64,000 nucleotides of DNA from Promethearchaeota archaeon (lineage in GTDB: Archaea; Asgardarchaeota; Lokiarchaeia; Sigyniarchaeales; SOKP01): NCBI GenBank assembly GCA_019057795.1, contig JAHLWS010000024.1:33497-97496 (forward strand). The letters are read 5' to 3'. The notes under the pieces were generated by a model that was not told the origin of the DNA, made no database searches, and saw only the letters and a list, made by a program, of their open reading frames with translations. This document shows, piece after piece, positions 50,115 through 61,160 of this stretch. Numbering within the stretch: the stretch's first letter is position 1; the number at the start of each line of letters is the position of its first letter. The position numbers and the translations under genes were made by a program.

Positions 50115-51233
50115 TTGCTCGAATACGAGAGTAAAGAAATTTTTAGCAAGTTTGATATTCCATTAGTTAAGAATATGTTAATTCTAAGGGGTGAAGATAT
50201 TGAAGACAAAGTTAAAGGGTTTTCATTTCCAGCAATTGTTAAATCACAAATCGCTATTGGAAGCAGAAAAAAAGCAGGGTTAATAAAAATTGCTAAATCC
50301 ACAAATGAGGCAATTTCACTGTGTAATGAGTTTTTTAATAGAAATATAGCTGGGTTTCATGTTGAAGCAATTCTTATTGAAGAACTCGTAACAATAGAAC
50401 ATGAGTATTATTGTTCTATAGCTTTAGATGCCTCTGGGAGACAATTTTTTCTAATTGCTAGCAAAGAAGGGGGGATTGATATTGAAGAGGTTGCTAAAAC
50501 AGCTCCAGACGCAATATTAAAGGAGAGTTTTTCCTTTCAAGATGGGTTGTCTGAAGTGTTAGCAAGTGAAGTCGCTCGTCAATTGGGATTTAGTGGCAAA
50601 CAAATTGTAACAGCTTCAAAAATATTCATGAAATTATGGGATATAGCTTTGAAATTAGAGGCACAACTCGTAGAAATAAATCCTCTGGTAATGACTCCTT
50701 CTGGAATAATTGCCGTAGATGGGAAAATGATTCTAGATGATGATGCGGCGTTTCGTCAGCCAATCATTCAAAACTTACAGGAGAGGAAGTTAAGTGAACT
50801 AGAGAAGCTTGCGAAAAAAGCAGGCTTTTCGTTTGTTGAACTATCCGGAGAGATTGGTATCTTAGCAAATGGAGCAGGACTCACGATGGCTTTGTTAGAT
50901 GTATTGTCTGATTTAGGTTTACAACCAGCTAATTTTTTAGATGTTGGGGGCGGGGCTAGTAAGGAAAGGGTATATAAGGCGTTGGAATTGATTTTTAAAT
51001 TGCAGCCGAAAGTTATTTTGGTAAATATTTTTGGAGGTATCACGCGATGTGACATAGTTGCTCAAGCGATAATTCAAGCTCTCAAAGATTTTTCAGATGC
51101 TCCACCAATGGTTATTAGACTAACAGGGACTAATGAAAAAGAAGGGATTGCCTTGCTTAAAGAGGCAAACATGGTTGCTTTTCAAGACGTTATGGAGGCA
51201 GTTAAAAAAGTAAAAGAGGTGCTGAGTGAATAG
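50115..51233 (+). CDS. sucC: Succinyl-CoA synthetase beta subunit
   Basis: EGGIDIEE, EINPL, NGAGL, ANFLDVGGG, NIFGGITRCD. Confidence 0.9.
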   Translation: MLEYESKEIFSKFDIPLVKNMLILRGEDIEDKVKGFSFPAIVKSQIAIGSRKKAGLIKIAKSTNEAISLCNEFFNRNIAGFHVEAILIEELVTIEHEYYCSIALDASGRQFFLIASKEGGIDIEEVAKTAPDAILKESFSFQDGLSEVLASEVARQLGFSGKQIVTASKIFMKLWDIALKLEAQLVEINPLVMTPSGIIAVDGKMILDDDAAFRQPIIQNLQERKLSELEKLAKKAGFSFVELSGEIGILANGAGLTMALLDVLSDLGLQPANFLDVGGGASKERVYKALELIFKLQPKVILVNIFGGITRCDIVAQAIIQALKDFSDAPPMVIRLTGTNEKEGIALLKEANMVAFQDVMEAVKKVKEVLSE

Positions 51234-52095
51234 CATGTATATTAATGAAAACTCAAAAGTAATCGTTCAAGGCATTACGGGAAAACAGGGGATGTTTCAC
51301 ACTCAAATTATGCTTAATTATGGTACTAAAATTGTTGCTGGAGTTACACCCGGAAAGGGGGGTCAAGAAGTATACGGTGTTCCCGTTTTTAGTAAAGTAA
51401 ACGAAGCAATTCAAGAAACAAGCGCAGATACAAGTATAGTTTTTGTTCCAGCAAGATTCGCTTTAGGTGCAGTTATGGAAAGTCTAGATGCAGGAATCAA
51501 GATGACATGTATTATAACCGAAAATGTTCCCGTGTTTGATATGATTAGGCTTGTTGAGAAAGCTAAGGAAAAAGAACTATATTTAATCGGTCCGAATTGC
51601 CCTGGTATGTTAATCCCCGATAAAATCAAATTAGGTATAATGCCAAGTGATATGTGTCATTACGGTGATGTCGCAGTAATCTCTAAAAGTGGAACATTGT
51701 CTTACGAAATAACAAAAACAATTGGAAATAGTGGTATAGGAGTTTCAGTATATGTGGGAATTGGTGGAGATCCTGTGAGAGGAACAACTATGCAAGAAGC
51801 TGTAGCGTATTATTCAAAAGATCCTAAAACTAAAACAATCGTTCTAATCGGAGAAATTGGAAGTGACGAAGAGGAAAAAACTGCGGAATATATTAAGAAA
51901 AATGTTTCTAAACCAGTAATCGCTTATATAGCAGGAAAAAGTGCCCCAGAAGGAAAAAGAATGGGTCATGCCGGTGCAATAATTTCTGGCAATTTTGGGT
52001 CTGCTAAAGGGAAGATTCAAGCATTAGAAGCTGCTGGTGCATCAATAGCAAATTTACCCTGGGATATTCCAAAAATAATACAAGAATTAACTTAA
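51226..52095 (+). CDS. sucD: Succinyl-CoA synthetase alpha subunit
   Basis: QGITG, GVTPGKGG, GPNCPG, RMGHAGA. Confidence 0.92.
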   Translation: MNSMYINENSKVIVQGITGKQGMFHTQIMLNYGTKIVAGVTPGKGGQEVYGVPVFSKVNEAIQETSADTSIVFVPARFALGAVMESLDAGIKMTCIITENVPVFDMIRLVEKAKEKELYLIGPNCPGMLIPDKIKLGIMPSDMCHYGDVAVISKSGTLSYEITKTIGNSGIGVSVYVGIGGDPVRGTTMQEAVAYYSKDPKTKTIVLIGEIGSDEEEKTAEYIKKNVSKPVIAYIAGKSAPEGKRMGHAGAIISGNFGSAKGKIQALEAAGASIANLPWDIPKIIQELT

Positions 52096-52229
52096 ATAAA
52101 TACGCTGTAGGAATTAAAATAAGAGAAGCAATTTTATTTAATGCTTCTAGCTCGATTAAGAACTATTAAAAAAATTCTGATCCTTAGAAAAAGTTTTAAA
52201 TACTAAGTGTTTTTCTATTTTACTTAGGG

Positions 52230-52490
52230 ATGCATATGGAAGTAAAAAATATCATAAAAGAGAAATTAGTAACTATTACAAACCAAGGAATGATCACTAT
52301 ACCTGCGATCTTGAGAAAGATGCACAATTTAAAGGACGGTGACAAAATTTTAATTGTTGAAGATGAAGGTACTTTAAAGTTGATTCCAATTAAAGAATTA
52401 AAAGAAATCCAAAAAGACTCATATAATACTAAAGAAATGCTTGATCAAATGGAAAAAGCCAAAAAAGCAGAGATTCGAAGGGAAACATAA
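52230..52490 (+). CDS. AbrB/MazE-type antitoxin
   Basis: ITNQGMITIPAILRK...LKDGD. Confidence 0.88.
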   Translation: MHMEVKNIIKEKLVTITNQGMITIPAILRKMHNLKDGDKILIVEDEGTLKLIPIKELKEIQKDSYNTKEMLDQMEKAKKAEIRRET

Positions 52491-52904
52491 ATGAAAAAGC
52501 AAATATGTTTAGACACGGGAATTATTACTCTACTCTATTCAAAAGGTAAGCCAAGCCAAATTACAACGCTTTTCAATCAAATAAGAAAAGATGAACTTGA
52601 AGCACATATAGTTTCACCAATAATAACTGAAGCTTTTTTTCAGATATGTAAGTTAAGGGGAAAAGTAGATGCAGAAATAACAATTGCAACATTCTTAAAT
52701 ACTTATCCAATTAAACTAATCAATTTAAACCAGTCATTAATAATTAAAGCGGGATTATTAAAGTGTCAGCATTATGACGAGCTGTCTTATAACGATTGTT
52801 TTGCAGTTGCTTATGCTTTAAATAAAAAATTAACATTTCACACAACTGAGAAAAATCTTGGAAAAATACTCCCAAACTTAAGGATAAAATCATATATTTT
52901 CTAA
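52491..52904 (+). CDS. VapC PIN toxin
   Basis: LDTG, ITE, LSYND, HTTE. Confidence 0.85.
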   Translation: MKKQICLDTGIITLLYSKGKPSQITTLFNQIRKDELEAHIVSPIITEAFFQICKLRGKVDAEITIATFLNTYPIKLINLNQSLIIKAGLLKCQHYDELSYNDCFAVAYALNKKLTFHTTEKNLGKILPNLRIKSYIF

Positions 52905-53006
52905 AAAACACTCGTGAAAAAAGTAATATGAAGTATTCTTTCACTATTAATGCTAATTTTTTGGTTCAAATTAAAACATAATCTACCAGAAAAAAGAAAA
53001 ACTTTG

Positions 53007-53363
53007 ATGATAAATAAAGTAAAAGTGATTAAATCTCATCATTCAGATGTGTTGATTCCTTTTCAAGCTGAAAAGGGCGAAATTGTCAATGGTAAAGAAA
53101 AACCTACTCAATGGGAAGGATGGCTTTATTGTAAAAAAAAGGATGGAATTTACGGTTGGGTCCCTAAGGCGTTCGTTACTCCAATAAAGGATTCATCTGA
53201 AGAGTTCCAGTTCATCCGTACTTATAATGCATTTGAGATCTCAGCATCAAAGGGAGAATTTGTCAAAATAAAAGAAATAGAAAGTGGATGGGCAAGTATT
53301 GAAAATGAAAGTGGAAAAATGGGTTGGATTCCATTAGAAAATCTCGATATTACTGAACTTTAA
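53007..53363 (+). CDS. Tandem SH3-domain protein
   Basis: Two repeats: KGE...GW...GWVP / KGE...GW...GWIP. Confidence 0.82.
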   Translation: MINKVKVIKSHHSDVLIPFQAEKGEIVNGKEKPTQWEGWLYCKKKDGIYGWVPKAFVTPIKDSSEEFQFIRTYNAFEISASKGEFVKIKEIESGWASIENESGKMGWIPLENLDITEL

Positions 53364-53563
53364 AAGTGCTCAGTAGAGCTCAAAATCGAATCCCTTTTAA
53401 TTTAGATCTTACTAATCCTTGAACAATTTAATGCAATTGACATACAAAAGGGAAATGAATCCCATATTAATCAAGTAAGTAAAATTTTTATTAAAGTTGA
53501 GTTTATACTTAATCATAAATCTTTGACATAAATTTAAAAATAAAATAAGAGAAAGAGAGAAAA

Positions 53564-54859
53564 TTGGCTCAAAAAAATATTTATGAGTATGATGCTAAAA
53601 AGCTCTTAGCGAGCGAATTACCAAAATATTATCCAGAATTCAAATACCATAACAAGTTAGTGATTATTGACTGCGAAACTGACTTAGAGAAAGCAATCTC
53701 AGATAATCCTTGGATAAATACAGAAAAAGTAGTAGTTAAACCTGACCAACTTTTTGGAAAAAGAGGGAAGGCAAATCTACTCTTGTTAGATGCAAATTGT
53801 GATGAAATGAAAGAATTCTGTTCCAACAATTTGGATAGAGTCTGCGAGATTGGAAATGTGAGAGGTGCATTGAAACGCTTACTTGTAGAACCTTTCATTC
53901 CTCATGAAAAAGAATATTATGTTTCTATCACAACCGAAAGAGAGGGTGATGTGATCCATTTCAGTTTCGAGGGGGGCATTTATGTGGAAGAAAATTGGGA
54001 TAAAGTCATTCACATACCAATACCTATTGGAACTGATATTAAAACCTTTGATTTAGAGAGTAAACTGCCGGATTTAGGTGCCTCTAAAGGCGTTTTAATT
54101 CCGTTTATTAAGGGGCTTTATCAGGTGTTTATGGATCAAGATTTTACTTTTCTTGAAATCAATCCTTTCGCAATCACTCAAGATAACAAAGTTGTTCCAT
54201 TAGATGTTAAAGCTAGATTAGATGATACCGCTATGTTTCTTCACGCGGATACGTGGGGGGATCCTAACAACCCAATTGAGTTTCCTGCTGCTTTCGGACA
54301 AGTTATGTCTGAAAAAGAAGCGTATATACGGGAATTAGATGAAAAAACAGGGGCTTCTCTCAAATTAAAGGTTTTGAATCCAACTGGTCGAGTTTGGACC
54401 ATGGTAGCTGGAGGAGGGGCTTCAGTTATCTATACCGATACGATCGTGGACTTAGGATACGGAGAAGAATTGGGGAATTACGGAGAATATTCGGGGAATC
54501 CATCACGAGAATATACTGAAATTTACGCTCAAACCATCATAGATCTCATTACAGAAACTCCTGATATCGCAGGGAGATCAAAATATCTCATAATTGGTGG
54601 AGGAATTGCTAATTTCACAGATGTAAAAGCTACCTTTACTGGAATCGTTAGTGCCATCAAGAATTCAGTTGAAAAACTGAAAAAAGCTAAAGTTAAAATT
54701 TACGTACGAAGAGGTGGACCTAACGAAAAACAAGGACTTGAACTTATGAAGCAAGTTGGAGAAGAGACTGGTATCCCGATTGAAGTATACGATAGATACA
54801 CTCATATGACTAGGGTTGTCGATTTAATAAAACAAGCAGAAGAAGCAGGAGGGGCTTAA
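53564..54859 (+). CDS. aclB: ATP-citrate lyase beta subunit
   Basis: KPDQLFGKRGK, WTMVAGGGASV, NYGEYSG, GGGIANFT, RRGGPN. Confidence 0.93.
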   Translation: MAQKNIYEYDAKKLLASELPKYYPEFKYHNKLVIIDCETDLEKAISDNPWINTEKVVVKPDQLFGKRGKANLLLLDANCDEMKEFCSNNLDRVCEIGNVRGALKRLLVEPFIPHEKEYYVSITTEREGDVIHFSFEGGIYVEENWDKVIHIPIPIGTDIKTFDLESKLPDLGASKGVLIPFIKGLYQVFMDQDFTFLEINPFAITQDNKVVPLDVKARLDDTAMFLHADTWGDPNNPIEFPAAFGQVMSEKEAYIRELDEKTGASLKLKVLNPTGRVWTMVAGGGASVIYTDTIVDLGYGEELGNYGEYSGNPSREYTEIYAQTIIDLITETPDIAGRSKYLIIGGGIANFTDVKATFTGIVSAIKNSVEKLKKAKVKIYVRRGGPNEKQGLELMKQVGEETGIPIEVYDRYTHMTRVVDLIKQAEEAGGA

Positions 54860-54860
54860 A

Positions 54861-56696
54861 GTGGAAGATTATGAACTTTTTAATAGGAATACGCAAGCGA
54901 TTATCTACGGACTTCAAAGGAATCCTATCCAAAGAATGCTTGATTTTGATTTTGTGAGTAAAAGAGAAAAACAATCAGTAGCAGCAATAATTAGACCAAC
55001 TCAGAATGCTGCAATTAGTTATCACAAGGTTTTTTACGGGAATAAAGAAATAGTTATACCTATTTATAAAACGCTTGATTTAGCGATGAAAAAACACCCT
55101 AACGCTGATGTGATGATAAATTTTGCTTCCTTTAGATCCTCGTATGAAACTAGTAAAGAAGCTCTTGAATCTGACACAATTCGCACAGTTGTTATCATAG
55201 CTGAAGGTATTCCTGAAAGACAGAGTCGAGAATTAATAAAGGTTGCAGAAGAGAGGAAGAAGAATATTATTGGTCCAGCTACCGTAGGAGGAATTGTAGC
55301 GGGGGCTTTTAAAATTGGAAATACTGCGGGAACTTTAGAAAATATTAAACTTTCAAAATTATATCGACCAGGCTCAGTTGGCTTCGTCTCAAAATCAGGT
55401 GGCTTAAGCAACGAAATGAATTTTATGATAAGTCAAACAACCGATGGGGTATTTGAAGGTATTGCTATAGGCGGTGATAGATATCCTGGTTCAAGATTGA
55501 TTGATCATCTCATGCGATACGAAGCAAATCCTAATATTAAAATGCTAGTAACTTTAGGAGAAATAGGTGGAACTGACGAATATGCGATAGTAGACGCTTT
55601 GAAAGACGGAAAGATAACAAAACCTATTGTTGTGTGGGTAACAGGAACAGCAGCAAAACTACTGCCAAAGGGATTGCAGTTTGGTCACGCGGGGGCTATG
55701 GCAGATAGTGCTAGAGAAACTGCTGACGCTAAGAATCGCGCATTAAGAGAGGCTGGTGCTATCGTTCCAGATTCATACGAAGATTTTGACAAAGAAATTC
55801 GAAAAACATTTGAAAATTTAAAAAAGGAAGGTAAAATTGACCCCATTGAAGAATTCGTACCTCCAGAAGTTCCACTGGACTATAATACTGCGATTCGTTT
55901 AGGAAAAGTAAGAAGACCGACCGATGTAGTAGTGACTATTTCAGATGATAGAGGTGATGTGCCAACTTTTGCTGGTGTTGGATTAGACAAAATAATCAGA
56001 GAAAATAAATCAATTGGGTATGTGATTGGCCTTTTATGGTTTAAAAGAGAGTTACCAGAATTTGCTCAACAATTTATCGAGATGGTAATTAAATTGACAG
56101 CCGACCACGGTCCCGCGGTTTCAGGAGCTCACAACGCAATTATCACAGCACGCGCAGGTAAAGATTTAATGGCGTCGCTTGCTTCAGGAATACTCACGAT
56201 AGGTCCGAGGTTCGGTGGAGCAATTTCAAACGCAGCTAGATACTTCAGGGAAGCTTTACAAAAAGAGATGACGCCCTTAGAATTTATGGGTTATATGAAA
56301 GATGTCGTGAAGATTAACATCCCTGGAATCGGCCATAGAATAAAATCAGTTCAAAATCCTGATGTACGAGTTCAATTATTGAAAGAGTTTGTCTTCAAAA
56401 ACTTTGAAAAACATCCCCACATTGATTACGCTCTTGAAGTCGAGAAACTTACCACCTCCAAAAGGAATAATTTAATATTGAATGTAGATGGATGTATCGG
56501 TATAACCTTTCTGGATTTGTTAGAAAACTTAGATTTCACTAAAGAAGAAATTGAAGACGTAATATTCAGCGAAGCTCTAAACGGATTATTTGTACTTGGG
56601 CGCTCAATTGGAATGATGGGTCATGTATTTGATCAGAAACGCCAACGCGCAGGTCTTTATAGACAACCTTGGGACGAAATTCTATTTACGGATTAA
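54861..56696 (+). CDS. aclA: ATP-citrate lyase alpha subunit
   Basis: MLDFD, IIGPATVGG, QFGHAGA, ADHGPAVSGAHN, PGIGHR, NVDG. Confidence 0.93.
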   Translation: MEDYELFNRNTQAIIYGLQRNPIQRMLDFDFVSKREKQSVAAIIRPTQNAAISYHKVFYGNKEIVIPIYKTLDLAMKKHPNADVMINFASFRSSYETSKEALESDTIRTVVIIAEGIPERQSRELIKVAEERKKNIIGPATVGGIVAGAFKIGNTAGTLENIKLSKLYRPGSVGFVSKSGGLSNEMNFMISQTTDGVFEGIAIGGDRYPGSRLIDHLMRYEANPNIKMLVTLGEIGGTDEYAIVDALKDGKITKPIVVWVTGTAAKLLPKGLQFGHAGAMADSARETADAKNRALREAGAIVPDSYEDFDKEIRKTFENLKKEGKIDPIEEFVPPEVPLDYNTAIRLGKVRRPTDVVVTISDDRGDVPTFAGVGLDKIIRENKSIGYVIGLLWFKRELPEFAQQFIEMVIKLTADHGPAVSGAHNAIITARAGKDLMASLASGILTIGPRFGGAISNAARYFREALQKEMTPLEFMGYMKDVVKINIPGIGHRIKSVQNPDVRVQLLKEFVFKNFEKHPHIDYALEVEKLTTSKRNNLILNVDGCIGITFLDLLENLDFTKEEIEDVIFSEALNGLFVLGRSIGMMGHVFDQKRQRAGLYRQPWDEILFTD

Positions 56697-56750
56697 TAAT
56701 TTAATATTTTTTTACAATAATTATTCACAATAAGAAATCGGAAGGAATCA

Positions 56751-56775
56751 TTTGATTAACTTATAATTAATCAAA
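56751..56775. promoter_or_regulatory. 9-bp perfect inverted repeat upstream of IDH
   Basis: tttgattaa-N7-ttaatcaaa. Confidence 0.35.
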
Positions 56776-56844
56776 AAATTGTAATATCACGAGTACAAAA
56801 AAAAAAATAGAAAAGAAAAAGTAAAAGAAATAGGGAAAACAATA

Positions 56845-58044
56845 ATGGATGAGATTATTGAAAACGCGAAAAACCACTTTGGAAACCTTGTAAAAGAGCA
56901 ATTAGAAAGAGTAGAACAAATGAAAAAAGCCGGAGATTGGGTTGATTACACAACGATAAAACCTATTATCATCGGATTCGTTGGTGGCGATGGTATAGGA
57001 CCATTTATTACTAAACACGCTCAAGTCGTACTAGATTTCTTGTTAAAAGAAGAGATAGAGAATGGAAGAGTTGAGTTTCGAGTAATTGAAGGACTGACGA
57101 TTGAAAACAGAGCAAAAGTAATGAAGGCGATCCCAGACGATGTGTTAGTAGAAATAAAAAAGTGCCATGTATTATTAAAGGGGCCTACTACAACACCGCG
57201 AAAAGGGGATAAATGGCCAAACATCGAAAGTGCAAATGTAACCATGCGTCGTGAATTGGATCTATTTGCAAATGTTCGTCCAGTTAAAGTACCTGAAAAA
57301 AATATCGATTGGATGTTTTTCAGAGAAAATACTGAGGGAGCTTACGTATTAGGTTCTAAAGGTATAAATATCACTGATGATTTAGCCTTTGATTTTAAGG
57401 TCATTACTTCGCAAGGAGCAGATAGGATTATCAGATTAGCCTTTGATTACGCTAAAAAGAACAACATTAACAAGGTTACAGTGGTTACCAAAGCAAACGT
57501 TGTAAAAACTACTGATGGGAAATTCCTTGCTTTAGCAGAGGAAGTGGCAAAAGAATACCCCGAAGTAGAATGGGACGATTGGTATATCGACATTATGACG
57601 GCTAAGCTAGTAGATCCGGCAAGACAAAGCCAATTTAGAGTTTTTGTTGCTCCGAACCTCTATGGGGATATCATTACTGACGAAGCTGCTCAGATTCAAG
57701 GAGGCGTTGGAACTGCGGGCTCTGCGAACATTGGAAAACAATATTCTATGTTTGAAGCGATTCACGGTTCAGCCCCCCGTATGGTAGAAGAGGGAAGAGC
57801 ACAATACGCTGATCCTTCTAGTATTATCAAAGCAGCGGCTTTACTTATGAACCATATAGGATTTGCTGAAAAAGCGAAAAAGCTCGAAATGGCACTTGAT
57901 ATTTGTGCAACGCTAGAAAAGAAATTAACAATTACTGGCCGAGACAACGGAGCTACAGGCGAAGAGTTCGCAAAGTATATCATGGATACCCTTATAGACC
58001 CGCAATTAGAAAAACGTTTTAAAGAATACAGTATAATAATATGA
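56845..58044 (+). CDS. icd: Isocitrate dehydrogenase (ICDH/IPMDH family)
   Basis: GDGIG, KGPTTTP, SANVTMRR, RENTE, NLYGD, EAIHGSAP; next to aclBA. Confidence 0.82.
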   Translation: MDEIIENAKNHFGNLVKEQLERVEQMKKAGDWVDYTTIKPIIIGFVGGDGIGPFITKHAQVVLDFLLKEEIENGRVEFRVIEGLTIENRAKVMKAIPDDVLVEIKKCHVLLKGPTTTPRKGDKWPNIESANVTMRRELDLFANVRPVKVPEKNIDWMFFRENTEGAYVLGSKGINITDDLAFDFKVITSQGADRIIRLAFDYAKKNNINKVTVVTKANVVKTTDGKFLALAEEVAKEYPEVEWDDWYIDIMTAKLVDPARQSQFRVFVAPNLYGDIITDEAAQIQGGVGTAGSANIGKQYSMFEAIHGSAPRMVEEGRAQYADPSSIIKAAALLMNHIGFAEKAKKLEMALDICATLEKKLTITGRDNGATGEEFAKYIMDTLIDPQLEKRFKEYSIII

Positions 58045-58158
58045 AAAGATACTTTAAACAACAAACTTTTTTTAATTTTTTTTATTATATATCTATTTTT
58101 TTAGAAAAACAACTTATTTCTTCCATCAATAGTTAAATTTTAATTTATAAATAATCAT

Positions 58159-58353
58159 ATGAATATTATGCCATCTGTAAAAAACGCGGTAATTGATTTT
58201 ATTAAAAGTTTACCGGATGATCTAACCGTGGAAGAGATTGCGTATAAACTATATCTCGATGAAAGAATTAATAAAGCCCAAAAGCAAATGAAAGAAGGAA
58301 ATTATTTAACTCACGAAGAAGCTAAAGAACGGCTGAAAAAATGGTTGATATAA
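58159..58353 (+). CDS. Addiction-module antitoxin
   Basis: Small ORF overlapping RelE/ParE gene. Confidence 0.85.
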   Translation: MNIMPSVKNAVIDFIKSLPDDLTVEEIAYKLYLDERINKAQKQMKEGNYLTHEEAKERLKKWLI

Positions 58354-58625
58354 GATGGTCAATAGGAGCATTAGAAGATATAGAATCTATTTCTTCATAT
58401 ATTTCTCAGGATTTTCCAGAAAAAGCTAGTGAGATTGTTAGAGGAATTATCGAGAAGATTGAACAATTGAAACGATTTCCTAAGCTTGGTCGCAAATTTC
58501 CAGACAGAGATGATGAGAGAATTAGAGAGATTATTTTTAAAAAGTATAGAATTGTCTATGAAATTAAGGAAGAAATTGTAGAAATCCTTGTGATTGCTCA
58601 TGGGAGCAGATTACTAAAAATATAA
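58341..58625 (+). CDS. RelE/ParE toxin
   Basis: WS..A.ED...I..YI, FPKLGR, YRIVY, IAHG. Confidence 0.9.
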   Translation: MVDIRWSIGALEDIESISSYISQDFPEKASEIVRGIIEKIEQLKRFPKLGRKFPDRDDERIREIIFKKYRIVYEIKEEIVEILVIAHGSRLLKI

Positions 58626-58641
58626 CGATAAAGTTTAATTC

Positions 58642-58682
58642 TAATTATTATAATAATGTAAAGAATACTATTAGAATGGTTT
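58642..58682 (+). repeat. 41-bp direct repeat copy A (partner 61114-61154), 5' leader of MFS gene
   Basis: taattattataataatgtaaagaatactattagaatggttt, 39/41 identical to partner. Confidence 0.92.
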
Positions 58683-58684
58683 AA

Positions 58685-60270
<1,586 letters not shown>

Positions 60271-60290
60271 ACTTTTACAAAGAATTATAA

Positions 60291-60314
60291 ATATGTGTGT
60301 GTGTGTATACATAT
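60291..60314. promoter_or_regulatory. Candidate VapB operator: (TG)n tract within atatgt...acatat inverted repeat, after TATA-like ttataaat
   Basis: atatgtgtgtgtgtgtatacatat overlapping the vapB start. Confidence 0.4.
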
Positions 60315-60552
60315 GACTTCAAAAAATATTAGTATAACTAAAGATGTTTATAACAAATTACTCAAGATTAAGCTTGAAAATGAAAGCTTTTCAGAACTTT
60401 TCTTAAGGCTTTTAAAAATACAAAAGAATACACTTGAAAAATCTTTTGGCGCATGGGATCTTTCAGAGGAGGAAGAGAAAGAGATATGGGTAGAAATTTC
60501 TACTCGCAATGGAAGAAGTTGGAACAAATCAAATGTAGAGGATTTAAAATGA
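60313..60552 (+). CDS. VapB antitoxin (DUF217-like)
   Basis: KNISITKDVYNKL...ESFSELFLRL...FGAW. Confidence 0.88.
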   Translation: MTSKNISITKDVYNKLLKIKLENESFSELFLRLLKIQKNTLEKSFGAWDLSEEEEKEIWVEISTRNGRSWNKSNVEDLK

Positions 60553-60956
60553 TTCTTTTAGATACATCTGCTTGCATCGATTATTTAAATGGAAATAAAG
60601 AAATTAAAAAAGTAATTGAAGAACAAGATGATCTTATTCACATTACATCTATAACCATTTATGAAATGAATATAGGTTTTGAAAGAACCAAACGCAAAAT
60701 TTCTGAACAAAGATATAAGCAGCTTTATAAACCTTGGTTAGAATTTATAAGCAGTATGGAGATTTTTGCTTTAGGATTTAAGGAGGCTGAAAAAGCCGCT
60801 AAGATTTATGATGCCTTAGAGTCTCAAGGTAAAGCTATTGATGATAATGACATTTTAATAATTGGAATCATGTTAGCAAATGGGATTAAGAAATTAATCA
60901 CAAAGAATATAAGACATTTTGAAAGAATTGTAGATATAGAACTTATAACATATTAA
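60549..60956 (+). CDS. VapC PIN toxin (start corrected to 60549)
   Basis: MILLDTS, IYEM, DNDILI, TKNIRHF; ATGA overlap. Confidence 0.9.
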   Translation: MILLDTSACIDYLNGNKEIKKVIEEQDDLIHITSITIYEMNIGFERTKRKISEQRYKQLYKPWLEFISSMEIFALGFKEAEKAAKIYDALESQGKAIDDNDILIIGIMLANGIKKLITKNIRHFERIVDIELITY

Positions 60957-61113
60957 AGACTATTTATAGGAAATCTTCAACATTTAATTAAAAATTCTCT
61001 TTAAAACTATAGAAGTCGGTAGAGAGTTTATTCTTAGTTTTTTAACACTTGAACTTATAAACGGGTTGTCATTCCCATAATACTATCAATAAATATTATT
61101 ACAAATCCCAAAT

Positions 61114-61154
61114 TAATTATTATAATAATGTAAAAAACACTATTAGAATGGTTT
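61114..61154 (+). repeat. 41-bp direct repeat copy B, 5' leader of 61161 gene
   Basis: See 58642-58682. Confidence 0.92.
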
Positions 61155-61160
61155 GTATTT

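Noticed and set aside
50020-52215. taaatactaag repeat flanking sucCD
   Set aside because: Only 11 exact AT-rich bases next to TATA-like boxes; plausible by chance
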